A DNA stretch of 63,105 nt, taken from the IMG/VR virus record IMGVR_UViG_3300036831_000039, positions 1 through 63,105 of that record; one strand, given 5' to 3'. Source of the DNA: a virus. Taxonomy: Duplodnaviria > Caudoviricetes. The notes under the pieces were generated by a model. It was not told the origin of the DNA and ran no database searches. It saw nothing but the letters and a program-made list of their open reading frames with translations. Below are positions 21,629 to 30,851 of the stretch, piece after piece (position 1 is the stretch's first letter; each line of letters starts with the position of its first letter). Made by a program: the position numbers and the translations under genes.

Positions 21629-21813
21629 CGGGATGGAAGCAAGTAACACCAGATACTATAATTACTGGACAAATTCTTTATTCAGGCCAGCTTCAGGTAG
21701 ACAACAGTATCAGTCAGTGCGATTGTGATTGTGGTTGTCCTGTGGAAGCTTTGGGTAATGAAAGATTTATCTGTAGCTTTTGCAGAGAAGGTAAGTGTCA
21801 GGTGCGCTTATGA
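21625..21813 (+). CDS. Small Cys-rich protein
   Basis: ATGA overlap with the upstream gene; CDCDCGC...CSFC. Confidence 0.45.
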   Translation: MTGWKQVTPDTIITGQILYSGQLQVDNSISQCDCDCGCPVEALGNERFICSFCREGKCQVRL

Positions 21814-22136
21814 GAGCCACGTCCGTTGATAGATGGATTAAGAAATGGAGGCGTCGATTCGGCGCTTCTATGCCTTATAACATAGTATGGATGGACGATT
21901 CCCACGCTAATACCGAGCCGATCGCTGGTGAAGTAATATATGCTGAAACTGGATGGGGGCATGCTGGAGAGGCTATAGACGTTATCATATATCCAGAATT
22001 TGTTGTAGAGCTAGAGTCAGACGAAACCAGGGAACGTATCATTCTACATGAACTCTTGCATCCTATTCTAAATTCTGTAGACGAATTCACAGTGAACAAA
22101 GCCACAGAACTTTTATGGAAGGCCTATGAGCAATAG
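21810..22136 (+). CDS. Small zincin-like metalloprotein
   Basis: IILHELLH motif and a downstream E; ATGA overlap. Confidence 0.6.
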   Translation: MRATSVDRWIKKWRRRFGASMPYNIVWMDDSHANTEPIAGEVIYAETGWGHAGEAIDVIIYPEFVVELESDETRERIILHELLHPILNSVDEFTVNKATELLWKAYEQ

Positions 22137-22656
22137 ATCTGAAAAGTTTGATAGAGCCATACCGTATATATTAGCTAATGAGGGATCAGAATTTACGAAT
22201 GATGTAGATGATCGGGGCGGGGCTACAAAATATGGTATTACCTTGCGTACGGCCAAAACTGTACCGGGCTGCGAGAACTGGACAGAAGACGATATCAAGA
22301 ATCTATCTGAGGAAAAAGCTAAAGATATTTACTACGCCCTATTCTGGAAGTTTGAAGGTATTAGTGACCAAAGAGTTGCCACTAAACTTCTAGATGTATT
22401 TGTTAACCTTCCACCACGTAATGCAATTAAAGTTTTCCAGAGTTCGGCTAATGTTTGTGGCTCTAGAATTGTCGTAGATGGGCTATGGGGATTACGTACA
22501 ATTAATGCTATTAATGACAATAATCCTCAGTGTATTTTAGAGAAAATTGTGCTATTATTGTCCCAATATTATAATTCTATTGTTAAGGTTAATTCTTCAC
22601 AAGCAAAGTTTTTGAAAGGATGGCTTAACCGGGCTAATAGACTTCCAAAGGAATAA
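22126..22656 (+). CDS. Endolysin, GH108 family with peptidoglycan-binding C-terminus
   Basis: EG..TND..DRGGATKYGIT; VDGLWG; KFLKGWLNRA. Confidence 0.9.
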   Translation: MSNRSEKFDRAIPYILANEGSEFTNDVDDRGGATKYGITLRTAKTVPGCENWTEDDIKNLSEEKAKDIYYALFWKFEGISDQRVATKLLDVFVNLPPRNAIKVFQSSANVCGSRIVVDGLWGLRTINAINDNNPQCILEKIVLLLSQYYNSIVKVNSSQAKFLKGWLNRANRLPKE

Positions 22657-22662
22657 TATTCA

Positions 22663-22869
22663 ATGAGCAAAAATACTCTTGTACTAATTGTAGCCATTGC
22701 GTCATCTCTAGGCTCCTGGCTAGTTCAGCTACCTGTAGGGCCCCATGTAATTACTCCTCAGAGCCTAGGAGCACTAGTTCTTCTAGTTGTAGGTGGAGTG
22801 TCTGGTATTGTAGGATATACTCCCGGTGGAAAGGGTGCTGTAGTAGTTGATCCAACTCCAAAGGCATAA
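22663..22869 (+). CDS. Putative holin (2 TM)
   Basis: Two hydrophobic segments, immediately after the endolysin. Confidence 0.55.
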   Translation: MSKNTLVLIVAIASSLGSWLVQLPVGPHVITPQSLGALVLLVVGGVSGIVGYTPGGKGAVVVDPTPKA

Positions 22870-22980
22870 TGGAATATCCTGTGTATCGGGACTATGGAAT
22901 GTAGATTTCCATGGGGTTCTAGGTGGTAGCGTGGAACTGTAAGAGAGTGGGATATCCCAAATAAGTGGTAGGCGTGCACG

Positions 22981-23397
22981 ATGAGGATTAAATCTCGGAT
23001 GACTGTGGGGGTGCTAGTGATCGTGGCTAGTACCCTTTTTTCTTGTAGTACAGGCCCGAAGGTTAAGTCCACTAGTATTATTGTACCTACCCTTCAAACA
23101 CCTGCCCCCATGTGCTATATTACCTGTCCACAAGGATACATGTCTCGACAGCACCACTTGTGCCATTCTGGGATGAGCCGCTATTTTGAGGACATTACAG
23201 TAATCGGTGAAAATAACAACCCTAATAGCCCCTCTGATAGCCGATGGTTTACTACTGAAGCAGCCTACCTAAAGATTGATGTAGAGCGCGGTACATGCCG
23301 CTCCATCATTGCTCAAATCATAGCTGGCCGCTCTTTTTCAGAGCGTGATGCAGGATCTAGCGTTGATCCTCTTACTATTGGTCCCAAACAAAAATAG
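22981..23397 (+). CDS. Lipoprotein (possible o-spanin or other function)
   Basis: Basic N-terminus, hydrophobic core and LFS-C lipobox. Confidence 0.5.
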   Translation: MRIKSRMTVGVLVIVASTLFSCSTGPKVKSTSIIVPTLQTPAPMCYITCPQGYMSRQHHLCHSGMSRYFEDITVIGENNNPNSPSDSRWFTTEAAYLKIDVERGTCRSIIAQIIAGRSFSERDAGSSVDPLTIGPKQK

Positions 23398-23411
23398 GCA
23401 CATATACAAAT

Positions 23412-23433
23412 AGAGGGGGATTTCTCCCCCTCT
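23412..23433. terminator. Hairpin between the convergent arms
   Basis: AGAGGGGGA-TTTC-TCCCCCTCT perfect 9-bp stem. Confidence 0.7.
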
Positions 23434-23496
23434 TGTCCCAGGTACTGCCAAATATAGTCAGCTAGTTTGCTATACCATTCCCTCTAACAATTAATA

Positions 23497-23787
23497 TTAC
23501 TTACTTACAGCATCCTGCGGTGAAGTGGCTACCTGTGTAGCTACTGGAACTGGAGTAGGATTCATGAGAGTGTCGTAGTCCAGTGTTGCAATGGCCGCGT
23601 TTACAGCAGTGACAATGGCATTAGCAATCTTATCGTTAGCGAAGAAGGTAGCAGCCCCTAGCTGTAGTTCCTGGCCTAAAGCAGCCTGGATTGCTGTAAA
23701 TCGTGCCTTGTCATGTAGTGGCTGGATCTGCTCCATCGTTGCAGCGGTCTGAAGCGCAAGGGTGAGAATTCTAAAATAGTTATTCAT
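23497..23787 (-). CDS. Ala-rich hypothetical protein
   Basis: AAAGGA RBS and genome-typical codons. Confidence 0.55.
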   Translation of the reverse strand: MNNYFRILTLALQTAATMEQIQPLHDKARFTAIQAALGQELQLGAATFFANDKIANAIVTAVNAAIATLDYDTLMNPTPVPVATQVATSPQDAVSK

Positions 23788-24073
23788 TAGTATAATCCTT
23801 TCGTTGGTTATCGTTAACTACGCCTAACAGTCCATATCCTGTAATATCTTCCCAAGGGCTTTCCCCAAAAGCATCCTTCTTATTGGCTAGGCGCTTAAGT
23901 TTGTCAAATACCCGAATAATGAGTAGGATATCTTGATATTTCTCTACCGGAATACCTTTTGGGAAAAGTAGTCTAAGGAAAACTTCTGAATCTTTAAATG
24001 AATTGCCGTAAGCTTTATTTTTACTCTCTACAAGGTCAGCAAGCTCTAAAGCAGTTTCTTTATATGTTTTCAG
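23780..24073 (-). CDS. DUF1599/Nmad1-like alpha-helical nucleotide-associated protein (CTG start, missing from ORF track)
   Basis: Hand translation: (M)KTYKETALELADLVESKNKAYGNSF...IRVFDKLKRL...ESPWEDITGYGLLG; GGGAGG lies 9 nt before CTG. Confidence 0.75.
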   Translation of the reverse strand: MKTYKETALELADLVESKNKAYGNSFKDSEVFLRLLFPKGIPVEKYQDILLIIRVFDKLKRLANKKDAFGESPWEDITGYGLLGVVNDNQRKDYTNE

Positions 24074-24089
24074 TTATTGCTTCCTCCCT

Positions 24090-24440
24090 TTACTCGGTTA
24101 GATACCCGCCTTCAATCATTTTAACCGCAGAATCCGGGATGTCATTATACATGACTAGTCCCAAAGTTGTAATAGGGTGATTTCTAGCTAATTCATTGGT
24201 ACTACGTTCTTCAGTTTTGGATAAATTGGTAATAGCGGATGCTATAGCCTTTTTAATTGAAAGCTTAGTTACTTCTCGTTTGATTGTTACTGGTTCATCT
24301 AAATACTCTTGAAAGCCTTCGTTATTGTAGTTCAGAATAGTTAGCCATCCCCTATATGTGGTTGAAGTATGTGGAGACAACCTACTCACTGTTATTTCGT
24401 ACGGAGTTGTAGGGCTACTGTCCTTAAAATTCATGATCAT
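24090..24440 (-). CDS. Hypothetical protein
   Basis: ATGA overlap with the MazG-like gene. Confidence 0.5.
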   Translation of the reverse strand: MIMNFKDSSPTTPYEITVSRLSPHTSTTYRGWLTILNYNNEGFQEYLDEPVTIKREVTKLSIKKAIASAITNLSKTEERSTNELARNHPITTLGLVMYNDIPDSAVKMIEGGYLTE

Positions 24441-24820
24441 ATAAGTTTATTGCCATGACGGAAGGGTCTAGTTTCATTAAACTTCATTTTCATCTGAAGC
24501 CCGTAATCTACGTCAATTCCTAGTTCTCCACACATATCCAGTGTACGAATAAGTATATCCATTAGCTCACTAGCAAATCCTTCCGGTTTACCATCTATGA
24601 CCCAAAATTCATGCAATACTTTATCGCTATTGTTAGTTCTAACCTCTTCAGCGGCCTCAGTTACCTCACTATGGATCATTAGGAGTTTACCGAATATCTC
24701 ATCACATCTACCTGCTAATTCGTGTAGTTGGCTAGTTTTCCACCAACCTTTGCTATGTGCCCATTCATTTATCTGTTGGGAAAGATCACTTAATTTGTAT
24801 GATCTATCAACCTCGCTCAT
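24437..24820 (-). CDS. MazG-like NTP pyrophosphohydrolase
   Basis: HSEVTEAAEE, ELMDILIR.LD, KMKFNETRP.RHG. Confidence 0.85.
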   Translation of the reverse strand: MSEVDRSYKLSDLSQQINEWAHSKGWWKTSQLHELAGRCDEIFGKLLMIHSEVTEAAEEVRTNNSDKVLHEFWVIDGKPEGFASELMDILIRTLDMCGELGIDVDYGLQMKMKFNETRPFRHGNKLI

Positions 24821-25010
24821 ATAGTTCCTTCATCCACTTACGAACTAATGCTCTAGCTCTAAGGTATTCTTCTGGATGATCTTCCATACATGTGCATGGG
24901 GAAGAACAAAAACATCCTCTAATAGGTTCAAGCTGATTGCTACCTTTACACCTACCACAACAGGCCACTAGAGGCTGTATTATATGGTCATATATTGGAT
25001 TATCTGCCAT
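24807..25010 (-). CDS. Small Cys-rich protein
   Basis: ORF in operon context. Confidence 0.45.
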   Translation of the reverse strand: MADNPIYDHIIQPLVACCGRCKGSNQLEPIRGCFCSSPCTCMEDHPEEYLRARALVRKWMKELYERG

Positions 25011-25019
25011 TGTAATAAT

Positions 25020-25532
25020 CTACTCTTCCAGTTGTTCAACATCACTAGAACCTTTAACAGGCTTTACCACAATTCCAGGCTTACCAGGGGAGCCTATCTT
25101 AGTAGCCTTATCTATCTGAGTAGGAGTGACAATGATCTCTTCTCCACAGTTAGGACAAAAATCTGTAGCAGTCATTAGGAGCTTCTTATCAATGATAGAA
25201 CGAGGCTTAGCTCCTTTGCGGCGAGTAACCATGAAGTTCTCCCATGACACATTAGTTTCTCCCTTAATGTCCATGGCAAGTCCGATGAGATTATCCCGTT
25301 CAGACTTTAGGCCTTCTAACACTCCCTCCAACATCACTATTCCTTGACGTTCTGCAACGAGACGATCGAATAGTGTTGGAGCATGGCTGGAGATGTACTT
25401 TTCCATCACGTTCATAGCCTGTGCGAGATTCGGTAGGATTGTAGGCAGCTCTGGAGGGAGAGCCTCATCAAAGCGTACTTCTGAGGAGTGTTTTACAGGA
25501 ACTTCTGCGCGGATTGTTAGTTCGGTAGTCAT
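25020..25532 (-). CDS. Hypothetical protein with CPNC motif
   Basis: ORF in operon context. Confidence 0.55.
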   Translation of the reverse strand: MTTELTIRAEVPVKHSSEVRFDEALPPELPTILPNLAQAMNVMEKYISSHAPTLFDRLVAERQGIVMLEGVLEGLKSERDNLIGLAMDIKGETNVSWENFMVTRRKGAKPRSIIDKKLLMTATDFCPNCGEEIIVTPTQIDKATKIGSPGKPGIVVKPVKGSSDVEQLEE

Positions 25533-25535
25533 TTC

Positions 25536-26075
25536 TTAAACTCTTCCAGGATTATAGCTATGATCTTGAAGCAGCCCTAATGCTTTTTGAAGTCCAGCAT
25601 CTGGGAAGGACATTACCACAAATCGATCATCTAGGATAGGTTCTATAACTGGCCTAACATCTTCCCATTTTAAATTACCATTACCACATCCTGGACGGGG
25701 CATTATAACCATCTTCCACTTTTCTATATCCGCCAACAATCTGAGCGAAACTGTACTACTTTCGATTAGGGTAAGGCAAGCTTTTTCATACCAATTATGC
25801 TTTACAGGAAAAGACACTAGACGTAGGGCAACGTATGGTCTAAGTGGGCCACTCCATATAGGTCTATCTAATTTAAATACCAAATTTCCCTTGGACTGTA
25901 TAAGTTGGCCTAAAGTTAAGTCAACCCCAGGATACCTATCTCTAGCTTCCCGAGCAATCCCACGACCCATAACGCACGCACCGTTGGCCTTAACAGTGCC
26001 GTTAGTAGTTATGACTATTGCATCACAGTTATCAATTTCGTCCCAGATATTTCCGTATTGTGTAATCATTTCCAC
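25536..26075 (-). CDS. Macrodomain (ADP-ribose processing) protein
   Basis: GNIW, TTNG..K.NG..VMGRGIA, FPVK, PRPGCGNGNLKW. Confidence 0.85.
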   Translation of the reverse strand: MEMITQYGNIWDEIDNCDAIVITTNGTVKANGACVMGRGIAREARDRYPGVDLTLGQLIQSKGNLVFKLDRPIWSGPLRPYVALRLVSFPVKHNWYEKACLTLIESSTVSLRLLADIEKWKMVIMPRPGCGNGNLKWEDVRPVIEPILDDRFVVMSFPDAGLQKALGLLQDHSYNPGRV

Positions 26076-26263
26076 CCCAGGCTAAAAGATAAATGTAAAT
26101 GTATGTGTAAAAACAGGTGATAAATTAGTATTACTATTACAGTATACATTACTCGGTCTATTATTTGATCTATAGGGTCAGTAGGCTTTCCAAGCTCTAT
26201 CCAACAAAAGAAGTATAGGACACTTATTATTATTAGTGGTATCAGGATTGGGATTATTGCCAT
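26066..26263 (-). CDS. Small membrane protein
   Basis: Two hydrophobic segments; TAATG overlap with pol. Confidence 0.5.
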   Translation of the reverse strand: MAIIPILIPLIIISVLYFFCWIELGKPTDPIDQIIDRVMYTVIVILIYHLFLHIHLHLSFSLGWK

Positions 26264-29073
26264 TATTTCAAATCTCCCCAAGTTTTAGCTATGTTGCCCT
26301 TAGCCCCCAAGGGTGCTAGTAAGTTTGCCGCATGGCTCATTTCGTACTCTACATGACATTGTAAAAGGGGTGCAATAGACTCTTCAGCCTCAAATATAAG
26401 TTCATCATGCACAGGTACTAATGGCTCACAGTATCCAAACTGTCTAACCTCCGGAATGGAATGGTCATAAACATTCTTCATCCCGACCTTTAGTATATCT
26501 CCAGCAGTACCTTGCACGGGCTGATTGCCAATCTGACGTAGAGCTTCTTCTCGGATACCGTCCAGCGGTGACCACACAGCCGGAAAGTAACGAATGCGTC
26601 CGAACATAGTACGTACCATTCCAGTTTGGCGGGCCTCCGCGTATACATCCGCCATGTAGCATTTAACTCCTGGATAGGCTTCAAACCACGCAGCAATGAA
26701 ATCCATAGCCTCTTGGCGAGTAATCTTAATGCCTAGTAGGGCTAGTTCATTCATGAGTCTTGTAGCCTGCATTCCGTAGAAAATTCCAAAATTGACTGTC
26801 TTAGCTGCTACACGCTGGTCAGAGGTAATTAGATCCATTGATAGCTTGTACACTAGCGCTGCGGTGGCTCGATGAATGTCCTTTCCACTACGGAAAATCT
26901 CAATCATGTTCTCATCCCTACTGAGATGAGCGCCCACCCGCAGTTCCACCTGATCTAGATCAACCGATACCAGTACGCAGCCCGGAGGGGCTATAAAGCC
27001 CTTACGAACGCGTTTGCCAAGTGGGGAGCGGGTAGGAATATTCTGAAGATTGATGTTCCTAGAGGCTAATCTGCCAGACGCAGTATTAGTGTATAAAAGT
27101 TGAGTATGGATTCGACAGTTCTTGTCTGCTAGTCGCTGAATTGGGAGTACGTAGGTTCCCAACATTTTGGCGTGTTCACGATAATCCAATATCACGTCAA
27201 TGATAGGAGCTACAGCAGCGTCGAACGCATACTTAATCTTTAATGACTCCATTGACTTAGCATCAGTGGAGGGTTTTTCAGTCTTCTTAGAGAACTTGGG
27301 AGGGTCTAGTTTAAGTCGTCCATATAGTAGTTCTGAGACTTGATCAGGAGAGCCTGCGTTAACATTGTAGCCTACTAGGGAAGATAGCCTATCCTGAATG
27401 ACTACTAGTTCGGTTTCTAGTTCTTTCTGGAATCCTGAAAAGTAGTCTAGATCCACCAACATTCCAACCGATTGCATTCGGTCTAGTATTGGTAAGATTC
27501 CTCGGTCTATGTCATACACACGCTCTAGCCCCTGCTCCTTCAGCATGGGCATTATAACGTTGAAATCTCTTAATGTAGCGTCTGCGTCTCGGCCAGCATA
27601 TTCAATAACAGCTTTCGTATCTTTAACGTCTCGGAGCGTAGTTCGTGGAAGTTTGCCAATAATATCTTCCACTGGACGGCGAATTTCTGGATCAATGTTA
27701 TACCAACGCTTGCGTAGCGGATGGCTGGCTTCATCCTCGTCAACGTCTTCTCCCTCTTCGTCATCCTCACTGCCGATAGAGGTTATCTCCTCCATCATCT
27801 TTTTGAGGCGTCTAGAAATCGACCAGGGACGCTTAAGCTTTCCTTCCTCATCATAGATGACTGGTGGTGCAGGCCAATTAGCCCCATCTACACATGCGGG
27901 ACACCTAACAGTCGACTTAAGAGGTACATCGGCCAATACAACACACGCACAATCGTCGGATGTCTTAAGAAGCTGGCCCTTTTTGCCACGCTTCCCGATC
28001 TTGCCAGTGCCACTACACGAAGAGCATTTATCATCAGCTAATTTACCTTTACGCTTTGCTAGGCCTGGAAGGTTACCTTTACCCTCACATATTCTACAGA
28101 CTTTCTGAATCCACGCCGTAGTAAGGTATTGATTAACTTTGCTAACCTCCGCAGAGTGGATAAGGGCCGGGTAGCTGCCCATTTCCATTTGATTGAGACG
28201 GTATGATAAAGGCTTTAGAGCTTTAGGAGTTAGCCCCAATAGGTAGGAGCCGATCATAGTATCATGTATATCGGCTTTGTAGGTAGATATTCCTAGCGCT
28301 CTAATGATGGGTAGATCGTGAAGCATATTGTGCCCCACGATCATTTTCCCATCAAATACTGATGAATAGGTGGTAGGCTCAGTAATTACTGAAGCTTTAC
28401 CCACTTGCTGAGTTACTTGTATGCTGTAGGGATCATCTACCCATCCCTCAGTATCTAGTGCTATCGGGAGGGTAGGGTCTAGGGTAAGTAGGGTTTGTGG
28501 GGATTCTTTAGTGTATAATGGGGTAGGATATTTGTCGGGAGGTACAGTGGACTCTATTTCGCCGCGTAGGAGCTTGCCTAATGACCTGAAATCATCCCAT
28601 ACAAGCTTTCCGTAACGATCTGGCTGACGGATACCGGCCGCTGGATGGTACACTGGTAGTATTTTACAGCCTAATTCCTTAGCTACTGGATCTATTGGGT
28701 CAAAAGGTAATCCATGAATATATTCCATCTTCACAGATTTACCAAGAAAAAACTGAGCGGCAATTTTACCAACAGCTACAATTATGTATGGGGAAGCTCT
28801 ATAAAGCTCCTCATAGAGTTCTGGGCGGTCGCGCTCTATCTCTTGATCGGTTGGATTGCGGTCATCTTCATCTGTGCGCCATTTGACAATGTTGGTGATG
28901 AAGACTTCGTTTCTATAAATACCCGCACAGCGGATAAGGTAATTGTTAAGTTCATAACCTGAAGCTCCAACGAAGGGTAATCCTTGATCGGCTTCGCTAG
29001 CTCCAGGCCCTTCTCCAACAATAGCAATTAGCGCCGGAGTAGGCCCATATCCTATTACCTTATTACCTATCAT
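26263..29073 (-). CDS. polA: Family A DNA polymerase with N-terminal family-4 UDG-like domain, 3'-5' exonuclease and Zn-finger insert
   Basis: GEGPG/PFVG/YHPAA (UDG); DTEG, HNMLHD, YAGRD (exo); TASGRLAS, NLQNIP, DLDQVELR, KTVNFGIFYG, VHDE (PolA). Confidence 0.95.
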   Translation of the reverse strand: MIGNKVIGYGPTPALIAIVGEGPGASEADQGLPFVGASGYELNNYLIRCAGIYRNEVFITNIVKWRTDEDDRNPTDQEIERDRPELYEELYRASPYIIVAVGKIAAQFFLGKSVKMEYIHGLPFDPIDPVAKELGCKILPVYHPAAGIRQPDRYGKLVWDDFRSLGKLLRGEIESTVPPDKYPTPLYTKESPQTLLTLDPTLPIALDTEGWVDDPYSIQVTQQVGKASVITEPTTYSSVFDGKMIVGHNMLHDLPIIRALGISTYKADIHDTMIGSYLLGLTPKALKPLSYRLNQMEMGSYPALIHSAEVSKVNQYLTTAWIQKVCRICEGKGNLPGLAKRKGKLADDKCSSCSGTGKIGKRGKKGQLLKTSDDCACVVLADVPLKSTVRCPACVDGANWPAPPVIYDEEGKLKRPWSISRRLKKMMEEITSIGSEDDEEGEDVDEDEASHPLRKRWYNIDPEIRRPVEDIIGKLPRTTLRDVKDTKAVIEYAGRDADATLRDFNVIMPMLKEQGLERVYDIDRGILPILDRMQSVGMLVDLDYFSGFQKELETELVVIQDRLSSLVGYNVNAGSPDQVSELLYGRLKLDPPKFSKKTEKPSTDAKSMESLKIKYAFDAAVAPIIDVILDYREHAKMLGTYVLPIQRLADKNCRIHTQLLYTNTASGRLASRNINLQNIPTRSPLGKRVRKGFIAPPGCVLVSVDLDQVELRVGAHLSRDENMIEIFRSGKDIHRATAALVYKLSMDLITSDQRVAAKTVNFGIFYGMQATRLMNELALLGIKITRQEAMDFIAAWFEAYPGVKCYMADVYAEARQTGMVRTMFGRIRYFPAVWSPLDGIREEALRQIGNQPVQGTAGDILKVGMKNVYDHSIPEVRQFGYCEPLVPVHDELIFEAEESIAPLLQCHVEYEMSHAANLLAPLGAKGNIAKTWGDLK

Positions 29074-29293
29074 TAAATATAGATTTGTCTAGAAATTTGT
29101 CCACCTTTGACAGCTGCAAAGCAGCTTTCTCTTTAATACAGGTGGTACATGCACAGTGAGGTCTGAAGCCCATAACAGCGTTGGTATTGGTATTGCATTC
29201 TTTGCATGGAACAGACACTATTCCATCCCCATGGCACCAAGGACAATTCTTTTCTCTTAAATGATCCTCAATAATAGTTATCCTTGGCTCCAT
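29063..29293 (-). CDS. DnaJ-type Zn-finger small protein
   Basis: CPWCHGDG..CKEC..CACTTC. Confidence 0.55.
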   Translation of the reverse strand: MEPRITIIEDHLREKNCPWCHGDGIVSVPCKECNTNTNAVMGFRPHCACTTCIKEKAALQLSKVDKFLDKSIFNDR

Positions 29294-29294
29294 A

Positions 29295-29531
29295 TTATTT
29301 TTCCCTACACGGAATTCTTACCACAGACAGTTGCTGGCACAGTTCTTTATTTCCGCAGCTATGCCTAGTGCCGGTAAAGTGGGCATCAGATACATAAGCC
29401 GGGAGCGTAACATTGAAAGTCATTTTACAGCCAGGACAAGCGAATGTGGCTACTTTTATACCTAAGTGTAGTCTAGGCTCGGCATCTTTCCTTAACTCAC
29501 ATATACAATATTCCGGCCCCACTTTATCCAT
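29295..29531 (-). CDS. Small Cys-rich protein
   Basis: ORF in operon context with CPGC. Confidence 0.5.
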   Translation of the reverse strand: MDKVGPEYCICELRKDAEPRLHLGIKVATFACPGCKMTFNVTLPAYVSDAHFTGTRHSCGNKELCQQLSVVRIPCREK

Positions 29532-30093
29532 CTACCATTTCTCGCAATGCCACGTCATAATCCTCTTGCCAACGCTCTGCAAGATCGGCTTCGTAGTCAT
29601 CTTCAGAATATGACTCGAAGTCCTCTCCGTCCACCAACATGATTTCGCCCGTAGTAAACAGGAGTTCTACTTCACCCCCTGTAGTACGACACGTTAGGCA
29701 TAGGTCATTCATAGAGGCGGTTACCGGATCACTACCAAAAGAACGCATAAGCTTGATCCTATGGCATGGTCCTGCACACTGTTTGCTCACATTACCAACA
29801 AATAGCTCCGACGAGGAATAGCTACTTCCCCTCGGAGCCGAGAATTTTGGGGAGGAAGACTCTCCATCCTCAAGGCCTTCTGGCTCGTCTTCCTCATCCT
29901 CAAACTCGTAATCTTCACTATCCAGGGCAATCACAACCTCGTCGTCATCTAGAGCCCACATTGGGACATATTCTAGACAATCACACTGCTCACATTCGCC
30001 CCATGTAGGATAGTGCTGTCCATCTTTACATACGCAGATTACGCATACATCGTCGAATTCGTCTACGAACTCTGGCACCACCACCTCACTCAT
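29524..30093 (-). CDS. Acidic Cys-rich hypothetical protein (likely start ATG 30093)
   Basis: ATGA overlap with the nuclease stop; D/E tracts and Cys clusters. Confidence 0.55.
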   Translation of the reverse strand: MSEVVVPEFVDEFDDVCVICVCKDGQHYPTWGECEQCDCLEYVPMWALDDDEVVIALDSEDYEFEDEEDEPEGLEDGESSSPKFSAPRGSSYSSSELFVGNVSKQCAGPCHRIKLMRSFGSDPVTASMNDLCLTCRTTGGEVELLFTTGEIMLVDGEDFESYSEDDYEADLAERWQEDYDVALREMVDG

Positions 30094-30833
30094 TTCTGTC
30101 CCCTCAGTTCCTTGAAAATCTGGGTCGAAAGTTTCTTCCCTACCCCCTCCACTTCCATCCACTGTTCCGGAGAGGCTAATACCATTTGTTCCACTGTCGT
30201 GAAATGCTTGTCCGCTGCCTCTGATCTGATCCAACCTAATCCCCCTAATTCCTTTGCTACTCTACGAACTAGCGACGGAGTGAATAACGAAACTGGTACG
30301 CGAGATTCATCGAATGCTTGTAGGGATTTATGGAGTTCATAAGATTTACTCCACCACATATAAAGATCGAGAATCTGTTGAGCCGTTTCGGTTATATCAC
30401 AGGACCGTTTTACTACTACATGGCTTAGCTCGGAAAGCGAGTTGAGCCAGTTATCGAGCATCCTATAACGTAGATTGCGTTTAGTTTCTTCCCACCCGAT
30501 CGAATGTTTTCTGGCGTCAAAGTTAGTCCACTCGGGGATTTCTATCTCGCCATTCGTGCCGGCGCGCCAGTAACCCTCCACGATCAAGTAGGCTCGCTTA
30601 TAGTGTTCGGCCGCCTTGGGTAGTTGGCCCGCTATGAGCCTGCCGGAAGCGATGCTGTCCCATAGATCTCCGGTACTGAGGCGCTTAACTTCTACCCCAA
30701 TCGGGAACTGACCTTCAGCAAAGTTTCCTAGAAAGGATGCATCACATGACTCTAAGACTCCCAATGTAGCCGTATGCTCAGGAAGATGATCGATTAAATC
30801 CTTGGAGCCTGCTCTGGAGTCTACGATAATCAG
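30090..30833 (-). CDS. ERCC4/XPF-type nuclease (resolvase-like) with HhH; CTG start
   Basis: (M)IIVDSRAGS N-terminus, VEVKR..DL..SI..GRL, YLIVEG, VEGVGKK; AGGAG lies 7 nt before CTG. Confidence 0.85.
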   Translation of the reverse strand: MIIVDSRAGSKDLIDHLPEHTATLGVLESCDASFLGNFAEGQFPIGVEVKRLSTGDLWDSIASGRLIAGQLPKAAEHYKRAYLIVEGYWRAGTNGEIEIPEWTNFDARKHSIGWEETKRNLRYRMLDNWLNSLSELSHVVVKRSCDITETAQQILDLYMWWSKSYELHKSLQAFDESRVPVSLFTPSLVRRVAKELGGLGWIRSEAADKHFTTVEQMVLASPEQWMEVEGVGKKLSTQIFKELRGQK

Positions 30834-30851
30834 AATATAGCTCCTGTGTGC

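Noticed and set aside
30094-30234. Long overlaps of 29524-30234 with the nuclease and of 48543-49025 with the ligase
   Set aside because: Explained by later starts (30093 and 48926) with coupling or an RBS.
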